From: a virus
Lineage: Duplodnaviria; Caudoviricetes
Direction: 5' to 3' (one strand)
Length of the DNA: 60,012 nt
IMG/VR virus record: IMGVR_UViG_3300037099_000042
Coordinates: 1 to 60,012 of that record
The notes under the pieces were generated by a model. The model ran no database searches. It worked only from the letters and a program-made list of their open reading frames with translations, and was not told the DNA's origin. This document shows positions 1 to 9,550 of this stretch, piece by piece. Position 1 is the stretch's first letter, and each line of letters begins with the position of its first letter. Made by a program: the position numbers and the translations under genes.

Positions 1-127
1 TAATTTGGGGGCCGTTGTCAGCCCGGAAACTGTCGTGCATACCCTTCTTCTTAAACTTCGGAAACTTAGCCCGCCCCTCGAAGACGTTTTTGAACGCCAT
101 TCCCAGATTCTTGATTGCCTGTTGCGG
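1..127. repeat. Terminal overlap identical to 59886-60012 (circular assembly)
   Basis: First 127 nt match the last 127 nt exactly; a TnpB ORF reads through the junction. Confidence 0.97.
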
Positions 128-349
128 TGCGTTCTTGGTAACCTCACCCATCCATGGGAATTGTTCATCTTTGATGGCGTTCAACTGCTTGCGCAAGGCC
201 ATCTCGTTCGGCTTTCCGCCGGCTTGGTACTGGTCACGCCACTGCCCTAGCGCCCAATTCCACGCGAACCGTGCCGTGCCCGCCGCCTTGGCAAAGTGCG
301 TTGCCTGCCGGTCGTTCGGATCAAGCGCGATTTTGTGGGCAAGGATCAC
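1..349 (-). CDS. tnpB: IS607 TnpB, N-terminal part (joins 59035-59885 across the origin)
   Basis: GTG at 349 overlaps the tnpA stop (GTGA); reads MILAHKIALDPN...ARFAWNWAL...FPWM, in frame with the 59035..59985 ORF. Confidence 0.92.
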   Translation of the reverse strand, partial: MILAHKIALDPNDRQATHFAKAAGTARFAWNWALGQWRDQYQAGGKPNEMALRKQLNAIKDEQFPWMGEVTKNAPQQAIKNLGMAFKNVFEGRAKFPKFKKKGMHDSFRADNGPQI

Positions 350-984
350 GACGGGTCTTTCTCAACAGAGCTAACGGCAGCCTTTAAGCCATCGAGCAAC
401 TTCTTGTTCTTGCGGGAACGCGAGCCGTACAGGCGTGCCGAGAATACGGTGATGATCTCAAGAACGTCTTTGGCCAGATCTTCCTCGAACGTGGCGTCCT
501 CACCCTTGTTGACGATAACGACTTCGACGTTTTTCGCTTCACAAATCGCAAAAACAAGTTCTGCACCGAATCGCAGTAATCTGTCTTTATGGAGCACCAC
601 AAGACGCCCGACTTTATCGTCGAGAATTGCCCGAAGCAAAAGCCGCAAGCCTTTCTTATGGTAGTTCATCCCCGAACCGAGGTCTGACACGATTTCAAAC
701 GTCCAGCCTTGAGATGCGCAGTAAGCCTCCAACACCTGCCTTTGCCTTTCAAGATCGTCTTTCTGATCATGGCTCGACACCCGAGCGTAGGCAATGGTCT
801 TCCTGTCGGCTGGATCGTTGCCTCGGAACATCTCCGGACGCAACCGCGCCAAGTCATATCGCCGCTGGCCTCCCGATGTCCGTTCATCTGGTTTGAGGCG
901 CCCCTCGGCTTCCCAGCGGCGCAACGTCTGCACCGAGACTCCAAGGGCGTCCGCCGCCTCACCTATCGTCACTAATCTGCTCAT
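346..984 (-). CDS. tnpA: IS607 TnpA serine recombinase (MerR-type HTH + resolvase)
   Basis: TIGEAADALGVSVQTLRRWE HTH; YARVSS catalytic motif; DRLLRFG; start placed at MSRLV (984). Confidence 0.95.
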   Translation of the reverse strand: MSRLVTIGEAADALGVSVQTLRRWEAEGRLKPDERTSGGQRRYDLARLRPEMFRGNDPADRKTIAYARVSSHDQKDDLERQRQVLEAYCASQGWTFEIVSDLGSGMNYHKKGLRLLLRAILDDKVGRLVVLHKDRLLRFGAELVFAICEAKNVEVVIVNKGEDATFEEDLAKDVLEIITVFSARLYGSRSRKNKKLLDGLKAAVSSVEKDPS

Positions 985-1035
985 TTCGGTAATGTATGAG
1001 CATGTTTGCGCAATGTCAATGCACTCTGTTAAAAA

Positions 1036-1140
1036 CCCATTAGCTTGGCACATGGCGGTTGCATCCATATAGCCGTCGGCTCGGCGCTGGGAAATATTGG
1101 TCCCGTTGAACTGACGGATGGTAAGGTTGGTTCCGGTCAT
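1036..1140 (-). pseudogene. KilA-N domain gene, 5' fragment (interrupted by IS607)
   Basis: ISQRRADGYMDATAMCQANG is a typical KilA-N start; GGAGAC RBS; remainder at 58796-59010. Confidence 0.85.
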
Positions 1141-1285
1141 TTTTTGTCTCCGTCGGGCAGGCGCTGGAAATCACCCTGCGCGACCATAGGGGAGCCGAAT
1201 TAACGACCACCTGCCCGACGGGTCTCTAAAACTCGGCAAACTGGTGGTCACGCTTACGTTCGGTTTCCAGTCGAACGGCCCCCGT
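1141..1285 (-). ncRNA. C4-like structured antisense/leader RNA upstream of the KilA-N gene
   Basis: Stems GTTCG/CGAAC and GACCACC/GGTGGTC; CTGGAAA loop complementary to downstream TTTCCAG; CCGTCGGGCAGG complementary to CCTGCCCGACGG at the RBS; paralog at 56066-56205. Confidence 0.65.
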
Positions 1286-1314
1286 ATACCACACTTTGCC
1301 CCCTCGGAAAACAC

Positions 1315-4017
1315 CTATCCCTTCAGCACCAGCGAGATCGGTATCCCGATTCCCTTCTTCGTAGCGTGCCCAAACCGCATGGTCTTACCAGGTGACTGCG
1401 CCCCAGGAGTCTGTAATAACGTGCTAGGCCACGAAGTCCCCCACGGTGATTTTTCGAATAACCTATCAATTGATGCATGAGGTTTTGCCAGCCACAGAAA
1501 AACAGCGTCGGTCTTAATCCCAGACTGCAACAAAATAGCCCGTGACTGTTCCTTACCGGGATCGTATATCTCATTGTCAGCCAAACCTAGCGAACACGCG
1601 ATGACATTGATTATCGGCATGTCAATCGTTGCCCCGGATTTTGGGACTTTGACCATCTGTTCAAGCAAATGATTCAGTGCTTTTTCATGATCCGGAACCG
1701 TTTCCGTCCGCGCCACCGCATCGGCCACCCACGAGCGGTCCTGAATAAATGCCCGCGCCTCATCGATCCCCACGATCCGGGTGTGATGCAGGGCCGCATA
1801 GCCAGCCAGCGCCGCGCCGATCGTGTCTCCCTGCCGGCGGCTGCCGTAGACCTCTGCAACGGCCTGTGCATAGGTCTCGGCGTTGTCCCGGATTGTCCTG
1901 AGCATCCCCATCGTCCTTGACAGCAGACAGCCAGCGTACTCCCTCGTCACCACCGCAGCGACCTCGGCACTGAGCTTCCGGAATCGCTCTGCCCGTGCAA
2001 ATTTTCCCTCTTCCGACAGATCGGCGACGGTAGGCAGCTTGATTGATATCGTCCTAGACTCATCGGCGGCCTGTGTGAGGCCAAGGTTGATTGACGAAAA
2101 GAAAAACGATGAACGAATACTATACCGTTTCGATCCGCCCGTTGCAGTCCCTTTGATAATCGCCGATCCATCCTCGGAATACGCCTGTCGCGCCAGATCG
2201 AGAATGAATTGCATCCTATCCCGATCTCGTTCCGACTGCGTTTCAGCCTCGTCGAATAGAATCGGCCGGCCATCTGAGCCGAGTTCCCCGCGGATCCCGG
2301 CCTCGGTGGTTTTCGATCCAACGCGGAGTGCGATATGCGAAAGCAACGGCCCGACGATGTTGTCGATAATCCAGGTTTTTCCGGACCCCGCCGACCCCGA
2401 GAGCCAGAGGTGCGGCCTCTGTCTCAGCGCCGCACAAACCGGCGCGATTACCAGCCAGCCTGCGAACAGCACGGCCATATCAGACGTCTCGAACGTGATC
2501 ATCGCGCAGAGATCGGCCAGCCGTTTCGCCGCGTGATTTTTCAACGGCTCGCCGTCCGGAACCGCCATTTTCCGGCCGCGCTCATAGACCTGGTCAGAAT
2601 CGGGCAGCAGCAACGGCGAGCGCACGCCGTCCACGATTAGCTCGTGCCCAAGGTGCAGTACAGCCCGGCCGGCATCAAACCAACATCCGCGACCACGCAG
2701 GCGGTCGGGATCGTAAATGCCGAATGATTTACAGGCAGATCGCAGGGAATCGGCGGCCTGTTTCCAGTAGACGCCCTTCTCCCCCATAAACCGAGTGCGT
2801 TCCCAATACTGCGCAGCGGACGCCAGGTGGCACAGCATCGCCTCGGTGTGTTTCTCGGCCGCGATATCCTCGACCTGACCGGTCTCCTGGCTCAGGTAGT
2901 AATAGACCCCATGATCGTACCCGAGCGGGATTGGCGCCAGGTCGGCGTGACGCTGCAACGCGGATGCCGCTGGCCGGGACCCCGGCTCGGCGGACGGCTC
3001 CGGGATGATCTCGTGGATTTCCCCCGTCTCATGGTCATAGTCGCAGTCATCGCGCGGCGGCTGGTTCTCCCATGATTCCTGCCGCGATGGCCGCTGCGTC
3101 GGTTCCGGTATCTGCCTCGGTTGCGCGATCCCGGCACGTAGTCCTGAGTTCAGCGTCGCCTCGATCTCGGGCACCGACAGTCCGGCATCGGACGCCGCAG
3201 CCGTGAGTGCCGACCGCACCAGGCTCTCGGTCAGGAACCCGGCACCGACCAGCGACCCGAGCGCCAGCGCCGCGTTGTTCAGCGTGATATTCCTGACGCC
3301 CTCGCGTGCCGACCGAACCGCTGACACCTCGCCATCGAACGCCGCCGCGGCGTACCTGATCGCATGACCCACCCCAGATGGCGCTGCGGAGGGTCGCTGC
3401 TGTGTATCTGGGGTGGGGGCCGGTTTGGCCCCGCACACGACATCGAGCAGCCATGCCGGCGCATCGGCGAGGGGAAGATCGTTGTCCCAGGCGTAGACGC
3501 CCCCCGACCAGTGGTTGGCCGGCGCGATGACGATGTATCCGCCGTCTCCCCTGACATCGAGGCCAGGGCCGAGCTTACGGCAGGAGTTCGGCACGCGCGC
3601 GGTAGCCGGCCACCGAAACAGGTAATGCCGTCCTCCTGACCCGGTGGTCGCCGTCAGCGTCGCCGGCAACGGACCATGCTCGGCCTCCAGCGCACCGAGC
3701 GTCGCGAGGCCGTCCGCGCCATCGACATCGAGCACCCAGAACTTGGACTCCGGCCCGGTGCGGGCGGCCCAGTTCGTGCCTGGCCACCGCGCGTCCCAAG
3801 CCGAGATCACCGACGGTTCGGCGCTGGCGTCCTTGAGGCCGTTCTTAGTGCGCGGGTGTTTTCCGGGGCTGCCGTTCGGTTTCCCCGATGCCGTCCGCTC
3901 CCAACACGTCGGTTTTTCGCACGAGCACGAGCCAGATGGCGTGATGGTATGAACGGGGAAGCGAAGCCAGGTCGCTGTCAGGTCGGGTGCGTGATGGGGG
4001 GGTATATAGCCCATCAT
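1315..4017 (-). CDS. Bifunctional primase-polymerase (Prim-Pol) fused to P-loop helicase
   Basis: PGKHP, WVLDVDG, TGSGGRHYLF, GLDVRGDGGYIV motifs; Walker A GSAGSGKT and Walker B ILFDEAE; start at ATGA overlap 4017. Confidence 0.9.
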   Translation of the reverse strand: MMGYIPPHHAPDLTATWLRFPVHTITPSGSCSCEKPTCWERTASGKPNGSPGKHPRTKNGLKDASAEPSVISAWDARWPGTNWAARTGPESKFWVLDVDGADGLATLGALEAEHGPLPATLTATTGSGGRHYLFRWPATARVPNSCRKLGPGLDVRGDGGYIVIAPANHWSGGVYAWDNDLPLADAPAWLLDVVCGAKPAPTPDTQQRPSAAPSGVGHAIRYAAAAFDGEVSAVRSAREGVRNITLNNAALALGSLVGAGFLTESLVRSALTAAASDAGLSVPEIEATLNSGLRAGIAQPRQIPEPTQRPSRQESWENQPPRDDCDYDHETGEIHEIIPEPSAEPGSRPAASALQRHADLAPIPLGYDHGVYYYLSQETGQVEDIAAEKHTEAMLCHLASAAQYWERTRFMGEKGVYWKQAADSLRSACKSFGIYDPDRLRGRGCWFDAGRAVLHLGHELIVDGVRSPLLLPDSDQVYERGRKMAVPDGEPLKNHAAKRLADLCAMITFETSDMAVLFAGWLVIAPVCAALRQRPHLWLSGSAGSGKTWIIDNIVGPLLSHIALRVGSKTTEAGIRGELGSDGRPILFDEAETQSERDRDRMQFILDLARQAYSEDGSAIIKGTATGGSKRYSIRSSFFFSSINLGLTQAADESRTISIKLPTVADLSEEGKFARAERFRKLSAEVAAVVTREYAGCLLSRTMGMLRTIRDNAETYAQAVAEVYGSRRQGDTIGAALAGYAALHHTRIVGIDEARAFIQDRSWVADAVARTETVPDHEKALNHLLEQMVKVPKSGATIDMPIINVIACSLGLADNEIYDPGKEQSRAILLQSGIKTDAVFLWLAKPHASIDRLFEKSPWGTSWPSTLLQTPGAQSPGKTMRFGHATKKGIGIPISLVLKG

Positions 4018-4292
4018 TCGATTCCGGCTGCGGATTTTACCAGCGGGACGACGGCAGCATAAAAGCGGTCGGCGGTATCGCGATCTCCCCAATCAAGGAT
4101 ATTCTGGTATTTCCGTTCGCCGTTCTGGGTGTATTCCTTTGACGGAAAAGCGATCCAGTCCCGTCCATTGGTAATGTGCCACATGCACCCTTTAATAATC
4201 AGGTTCATAGCCCGAAATTTCAGGTCGAATGTTCCTTGAAGTGTGTTTTTGTTGATGGGACGATAATTCGAGATTATGATCTTCGGTTCCAT
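4014..4292 (-). CDS. SpoVG-like small nucleic-acid-binding protein
   Basis: LIIKGC...WIAFPSKEY...KYQNI pattern; coupled to the primase gene. Confidence 0.55.
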   Translation of the reverse strand: MEPKIIISNYRPINKNTLQGTFDLKFRAMNLIIKGCMWHITNGRDWIAFPSKEYTQNGERKYQNILDWGDRDTADRFYAAVVPLVKSAAGIE

Positions 4293-4373
4293 TATTGATA
4301 CTCCTCATCAACGAAAATCGTTTTTCTGTGTTCTACTTCGTTTTCGTACTCAAGATTCTCCCATATGTGAGAA

Positions 4374-5668
4374 GTCAACCACTCGGCCCTAAAGGGCCGA
4401 GCTTGTGAGCAGGGATCACGCGACATGCGCAACCTCTCCCACGATATGCGCGTTGACGGTGCGCACGCCGGAGCCAGTCTTGCCAGCTTCGGCTTGGTAC
4501 TTCCATGCGATATTCCGGGAAGCGTTGAGATCGGCGTTGGCCTCATAGCCGCAGGACCGGCACTTGAACACAGACTGACTTCGCCTGTTGCTCCGGGACG
4601 TGTGCCCGCACTTGCAACACCGCTGGCTCGTCTTGCTCGGGTCAACGGCGACGACCTTATGGCCGGCACCCTCGCCCTTGTATTCGAGGAAGCTGCGGAA
4701 CTGCTCGTAGCTCCAAGAGTGATGGCGCCGGCGTTGTGCGGTGCCACGCTGCTTGGTGCGGCTTCGGATACCCTTGAGGTTCTCAATCACGATCACGCTA
4801 CCCGGTGCCGCGTTCTCAACAATCCTCTTGCTGAGAACGTGGTCGCAATCCCGGCGGAAACGTCCACGACGGCGAGCGATCTTCTTCAAGTGTCGCTTTG
4901 CCGACTTGGTGCCTTTAGCCTGGAGCTTGCGATTGAGCCGGAAGTACCTCTGTTCAATCTCCTTCCAGCGCCGTTCCCCAAGAAATTGGGGCTTGGACGT
5001 AACTGCTGGTCTGTTAATCCCGAGATCGACGCCGATAACGCTACCGCTGGCGACAAACGCGGGGGTTGGAATAGTCAGGACGACATGAAGCCACCACCCG
5101 GACCGGCTGCGCACGAGGTCGGCGATGTCGAAGCCGCTGGCATGGTTGATCAACGCTTGAGCTTGGTCGTAGGCACGGAACGGCAGCTTGATCCGGCCGG
5201 CGACAGTGGACAGGCCAACAACGGCAACTTCCATACGGTAGGACCGCGCGTCATAACGGATGGTGCTATTGCGTGCGGTTGGGACCGATACTGTCTCGCC
5301 CTTCTTCTCAAGGGCTATGGCCGACCGGAGTGCCTCGGTCGCCTTGGTGCGGGCCGAGATCACCAGTTGCGACGGCAGCGTCGGGTGTGCTGCCCTCAAG
5401 GCGTAGTAGGTGGCGTTGTGCAGCGTGACGCCGTTCTTCTCGCGCGTCGGCCAGCCATGCTCGGCGACGGCGTTGAAGCACGCTCGCGACTGCTCGGCCG
5501 TGTCTGCCAGGATCGCGTCCTGTTCGGCCGTTGTCTTGAGCTTGAGGCGGATTGTGCGTTGCATGGATCATATATACATGCTAGGTTCATGTTTGTCAAC
5601 GGCCATGCGCGGAATGGCACGCAATTCCTCCCCGCCCTAAAGGGCCGGGTTTCCTTGCGAGGTGATCA
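4374..5668 (-). mobile_element. Non-autonomous IS200/IS605 (IS1341-type) tnpB-only element, target TCAT
   Basis: Subterminal hairpins CCCGGCCCTTTAGGGCGGGG and CTCGGCCCTTTAGGGCCGAG; right end TGAC; removal restores a 37-aa ORF 5700..4292. Confidence 0.9.
4416..5564 (-). CDS. tnpB: TnpB RNA-guided endonuclease
   Basis: RuvC GVDLG / VIENL / NADLNA motifs and CxxC zinc finger. Confidence 0.95.
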   Translation of the reverse strand: MQRTIRLKLKTTAEQDAILADTAEQSRACFNAVAEHGWPTREKNGVTLHNATYYALRAAHPTLPSQLVISARTKATEALRSAIALEKKGETVSVPTARNSTIRYDARSYRMEVAVVGLSTVAGRIKLPFRAYDQAQALINHASGFDIADLVRSRSGWWLHVVLTIPTPAFVASGSVIGVDLGINRPAVTSKPQFLGERRWKEIEQRYFRLNRKLQAKGTKSAKRHLKKIARRRGRFRRDCDHVLSKRIVENAAPGSVIVIENLKGIRSRTKQRGTAQRRRHHSWSYEQFRSFLEYKGEGAGHKVVAVDPSKTSQRCCKCGHTSRSNRRSQSVFKCRSCGYEANADLNASRNIAWKYQAEAGKTGSGVRTVNAHIVGEVAHVA

Positions 5669-5706
5669 ATGAATAGGGCATTGTAAATAGGCGAATACAT
5701 GGCTCA

Positions 5707-6015
5707 TCAATCTATCTCCCTAACTGCGCAGACGGCTTCATCGACCGACCGCACCACGACGTATTTCCCGCCTGCCCGCTCGAATGCGGCCTGATAGGCG
5801 CGTTGCTGCGCCGATTGCCGGCCCGTCTCGGTTTTGACCTCAATCTCAATCGCTCGGCCCTGATACACCACGGCGATATCGCCCTCTCCGGGCGTGCCGA
5901 ACCGAATGACCCCGGTCGGCGTTTTCGCCACCCCGACGTTCTGGCGCTTGACCAGCGTCCCGGGGATGGCCGAAACGGCGATCAGGCACGCGCGCATGAG
6001 TTCTGTCTCGCTCAC
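5707..6015 (-). CDS. VRR-NUC domain nuclease
   Basis: PGEGDI...IEVKT...GRQSAQQ...GGKYVVVRS; GTG start overlaps the helicase stop. Confidence 0.88.
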   Translation of the reverse strand: MSETELMRACLIAVSAIPGTLVKRQNVGVAKTPTGVIRFGTPGEGDIAVVYQGRAIEIEVKTETGRQSAQQRAYQAAFERAGGKYVVVRSVDEAVCAVREID

Positions 6016-7319
6016 GAAACCACCACGAGATGTTCGCTTGGCCTGGACGCAGCCACGTACAGTAGTTTCAACATTTCGACGCGGTTCCGGTTCTTGCAAA
6101 TATCCACCAAGTCCAGAAAAACCGTTCCAAACGTACTGCCTTGCGACCTATGAACCGTCATCGCATAAACCGGCTGCACGTTTGCATATAACTCTGAGAA
6201 CCAATAAAAAAACGGCCAATACATCCGCTCCTGACGTGCGATGATTTTAACGTCTTCGCACGCATGCGCGAATTTCTCCGCATCGTCTTCATGAATGACG
6301 TTCACAATCCCAGAGATGTCCTCGGATTCCATAAACAGTTCATGAACCGTGAAATTAGGCAACTCTATATCAGGCAACAGAATATCGTGCGGGATTTCAA
6401 TCGACGGCGCATGTAGTCCAGTCCGTATTGATGTAATCACAGCTTCTTCGTCGGTATTAAACAGAATTTTGCTCTTGCCCATCGACATGACGAATGCGGG
6501 CTTGCGGAATAGCAGTCGCTCTCCGACAATAAATCGGTCGGCACTCGGTCCATAGATTTCCTTGCGGACCATGGTGTTGATATTCTCGACGGCGCGGTTA
6601 GTCCAGGCCAAATATCGGAACTGATTGTTATCGTAGCGAAACGCTTCGGACTTGAAACCTTTTAATATCCATTCCCGCGAATTGCCATTAGGCCGATAAA
6701 TCCCAGTTTTGTCCTTGCCTTTTGCCGGGGCGAACACCGACATATCCGGCTTCTCCGCTTCGATCTGTCCACGAAGGGCCGCCGTCAGAGCCATGACCGG
6801 GTTATCGTCTCGCTGGCGCATGATTGCTGACAGGGTGGCTTTTTCTTTAACCTGGAAGGTCTCGGATAGCGTTTCTCCCACTGGTGGTAATTGTTTCGGG
6901 TCACCCACGTAAATAACGCATTTATTCCGCAAATGACGTTGCAGATACACCATGAGTTCAGAGCTAACCATACTACATTCGTCAATTACGATGACGCGAT
7001 ATGCTCCGGAACCGTCTTCGCCTTGTTTCCTCAGGCTACGCTTTTCATTGGAATTACTCGGACGAATTCCCATGAGTTTGTAGATCGTCATGCAATCGCA
7101 GGATAACCCTGCGGCAATTGCTTTCTCGCGTAGAACCTTGATGGCCTTGTTTGTCGGCGCGGTCATCGCGATTTCTGCGCCGAACTGGCGCGCGAACTCG
7201 ACGACAGTGACCGTCTTGCCACAACCGGCAAAACCCTCCAGCACGCACTGGCGATTGGCTGTAGCTACCGAGTTCAGTACGCCGAGAACGGCGCGCTGAT
7301 CGTGCGTGAGGGTGATCAT
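6012..7319 (-). CDS. Dda/RecD-like SF1B helicase
   Basis: GFAGCGKT, APTNKA, IDECSM, VGDPKQLPPV, YAMTVHRSQGST, LYVAASR. Confidence 0.93.
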   Translation of the reverse strand: MITLTHDQRAVLGVLNSVATANRQCVLEGFAGCGKTVTVVEFARQFGAEIAMTAPTNKAIKVLREKAIAAGLSCDCMTIYKLMGIRPSNSNEKRSLRKQGEDGSGAYRVIVIDECSMVSSELMVYLQRHLRNKCVIYVGDPKQLPPVGETLSETFQVKEKATLSAIMRQRDDNPVMALTAALRGQIEAEKPDMSVFAPAKGKDKTGIYRPNGNSREWILKGFKSEAFRYDNNQFRYLAWTNRAVENINTMVRKEIYGPSADRFIVGERLLFRKPAFVMSMGKSKILFNTDEEAVITSIRTGLHAPSIEIPHDILLPDIELPNFTVHELFMESEDISGIVNVIHEDDAEKFAHACEDVKIIARQERMYWPFFYWFSELYANVQPVYAMTVHRSQGSTFGTVFLDLVDICKNRNRVEMLKLLYVAASRPSEHLVVVS

Positions 7320-8227
7320 GCCGAAGCTCCCACTGCATGCTCTGCCCGTTCGCGGGCTCTGAACTCGCGCTCAGTCTTTCTGTCTCGCGTTATTTTTTTG
7401 GGGCCGATTGGAATGTGCTTCCAAGTCACCCTGCGTCGGATGCAACTTATTACCGATCTTGAGACGCCATAACGATCTGCTAAAACAGTTCCGTATTCTT
7501 CGGAATTAAGAATATCGATAACAATACTTTCGCTTAATTTTGCGCTTTGATGCCTTTCTCCGCATATAGAAGACGACTTTCCTTTATTCCATCCAGGCAT
7601 CAGTCCATTAGTATCCCCACGGCCTTTAGAAATCATGTCGATTACATTGTCATGATATGATCCAATGAACAAATGATCGGGATTCACACACGACCTATTG
7701 TCGCATTTATGGCAAACCAGCATACCTTCAGGTATGATTCCAAATGATATTTCATATGACACCCTATGCGCTAGGTACGTCTTATAGTTATGCCCTATAA
7801 CCCCATATCCATTTAAATGACGGCATCCGGCCCATTCCCAGCATCCGGCTCCTTTGTCAACTTTGTTCCAAAATTTGTCAGCTAAAGTCCTTTTCCCGAT
7901 CTTAGGCCATTGGCGGGATTTACGTTGTTCATCAGACAGAGTCCATCTCCCAGCCGATAGGCGATCAGCAATGTTATCGGAATGGCTCCCCGTTGCCAGA
8001 TGACTCGGATTAACACAAGTAGGGTTATGACAAAGGTGGCGCACAATCATTCCTTTCGGAATTTTTCCAAAATGTAATTCCCATGACATTCTATGGGCAA
8101 ACCTCTTGGCCCTGTCTTTACCAATTTTGCCATATCCGTCAAGGTCTCTATATCCCATCCATTCCCAGCATTCTGAATCACTAGCCTTGCTAACATTATT
8201 CCAGAACCTTTCTTCAAAAGTTTTCAT
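7316..8227 (-). CDS. HNH endonuclease with two tandem HNH domains
   Basis: Two CWEW...AHR.S..H.C.N..CVNP.HL units; AT-rich relative to neighbours. Confidence 0.9.
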   Translation of the reverse strand: MKTFEERFWNNVSKASDSECWEWMGYRDLDGYGKIGKDRAKRFAHRMSWELHFGKIPKGMIVRHLCHNPTCVNPSHLATGSHSDNIADRLSAGRWTLSDEQRKSRQWPKIGKRTLADKFWNKVDKGAGCWEWAGCRHLNGYGVIGHNYKTYLAHRVSYEISFGIIPEGMLVCHKCDNRSCVNPDHLFIGSYHDNVIDMISKGRGDTNGLMPGWNKGKSSSICGERHQSAKLSESIVIDILNSEEYGTVLADRYGVSRSVISCIRRRVTWKHIPIGPKKITRDRKTEREFRARERAEHAVGASA

Positions 8228-8242
8228 AATGCGCTTCCTCTC

Positions 8243-9550
8243 GTGAACTACTCGGCCCTAAAGGGCCAAGCTTCAAGCTTCACTGGGGACCGCGCGTCCA
8301 GAAGTCTTGCGGCTTCTCTGGCGACTAACGTCCCCTCCACTTGCAGTGGCCGGAGTCCCTCCGGCCAATATCCGTAGACCTTCGTCACGGATATTCCGAG
8401 CCGCGTTGATGTCCCGATCATGGTGCGCGCCACAATGGGCGCAAGTCCATGATCGAACATCTAACGGCATCTTGTCACAGATGGAACCACAATCGGAACA
8501 AGCCTTTGAACTTGGGAACCAGCGACCGCACTTGACAAACGCTTTGCCAGCACGAGCCGATTTGTATTCCAGGAAGTTCGTTATCATGTTCCAACCAGCA
8601 TCGGCCGTAGCCTTTGCCAGACAGTGGTTGCTCATTATTCCCTTCACATTAAGGTCTTCGACGGCGATTACTTGGTTTTCGCTCACGATCCGTCGAGACA
8701 GCTTGTGGAGGTAGTCTTTGCGAGCGCACGCCACCCGCTCATGTACACGCGCTACTTTCTGGCGGGCTTTATCCCGGTTCTTTGATCCTTTTTTCTTCCG
8801 ACTAAGCGATTGCTGTTTACGCTTCAGGTTCCTTGCGGCTTTCCTGATATGGCGAGGGCTTTCAAACTTCGACCCGTCGCTGGTGACGGCGAGATGAGTC
8901 AGGCCAACATCGATGCCGATTGCCTTCCCGTCAGTCGAGACGGTCGGCATATCCACGCCATCGTCAGTCAAGATCGAGGCATAGAACTGTCCGCAAGCGT
9001 TACGGCTCACAGTTACAGTCTTGAACTTTCCAGCGACTTCACGATGGACGACGCACTTAACCCAACCGACTTTCGGCAGATAGATACGCGCCCCGTTGAT
9101 CTTTACGCGCTGCGGATACTGGATAGACTGTCGCCCATGCTTGGACTTGAACCTGGGATATCGGCCGCGCTTGGCAAAGAAGTTGTCAAACGCGCGAGCG
9201 AGGTTTTGCAACGACTGCTGCAACGCCTGGGAGTCGGCACCCTTAAGCCATTCAAACTCTTGCTTGAGCTTAGGCAGGCGAATCGCCATTGCGTGGTAAT
9301 TCAGGCCCTTGCCTGTGGCGCGGTAGAGTTCCCCGGTCGCGGCAAGGGCGTTATTCCATGCCCACCGCGCGCACCCGAACTGGACGGCCAAGGATTTGGC
9401 CTGCGTGTCGGTCGGGTAGATGCGGATACGGGTGGCGGTCAACATGGCTTAGATATATGGCATCTGCGTCTAAGGGGCAAGTGCTTTCGGCGTTGCCGAA
9501 CGTGCTATTCATCCCCGCCCTAAAGGGCCGGGTTTTACGCACGAGACTGG
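8243..9550 (-). mobile_element. Non-autonomous IS200/IS605 tnpB-only element, target TTAT
   Basis: Same hairpin family as 4374-5668; right end TCAC; removal restores the helicase end KDFMRGSAL* with ATGA overlap onto the HNH gene. Confidence 0.92.
8273..9445 (-). CDS. tnpB: TnpB RNA-guided endonuclease
   Basis: RIYPT HTH start; GIDVG / AVEDL / DRDINAA; zinc finger. Confidence 0.95.
   Translation of the reverse strand: MLTATRIRIYPTDTQAKSLAVQFGCARWAWNNALAATGELYRATGKGLNYHAMAIRLPKLKQEFEWLKGADSQALQQSLQNLARAFDNFFAKRGRYPRFKSKHGRQSIQYPQRVKINGARIYLPKVGWVKCVVHREVAGKFKTVTVSRNACGQFYASILTDDGVDMPTVSTDGKAIGIDVGLTHLAVTSDGSKFESPRHIRKAARNLKRKQQSLSRKKKGSKNRDKARQKVARVHERVACARKDYLHKLSRRIVSENQVIAVEDLNVKGIMSNHCLAKATADAGWNMITNFLEYKSARAGKAFVKCGRWFPSSKACSDCGSICDKMPLDVRSWTCAHCGAHHDRDINAARNIRDEGLRILAGGTPATASGGDVSRQRSRKTSGRAVPSEA

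Larger units (their letters stand above)
1..1037 (-). mobile_element. IS607-family element, left part (continues at 59011-59885)
   Basis: Serine recombinase plus TnpB; left boundary follows TGGG (1036-1039 minus); TTGACA-N17-TACATT promoter inside the left end. Confidence 0.9.

Noticed and set aside
985-1040. IStron (group I intron fused to IS607)
   Set aside because: Only ~50 nt separate the left end from tnpA, too short for a group I intron core
5664-5668. TTGAT (ISDra2-like) as the target of the first tnpB-only element
   Set aside because: The GAAA guide, the 19-nt spacing to the hairpin and ORF restoration all favour TCAT
4425-5672. Long antisense ORFs over tnpB and structural genes (e.g. 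4425..5672, 57204..58682, 46867..47778)
   Set aside because: Shadow ORFs expected in GC-rich coding DNA; no recognisable motifs
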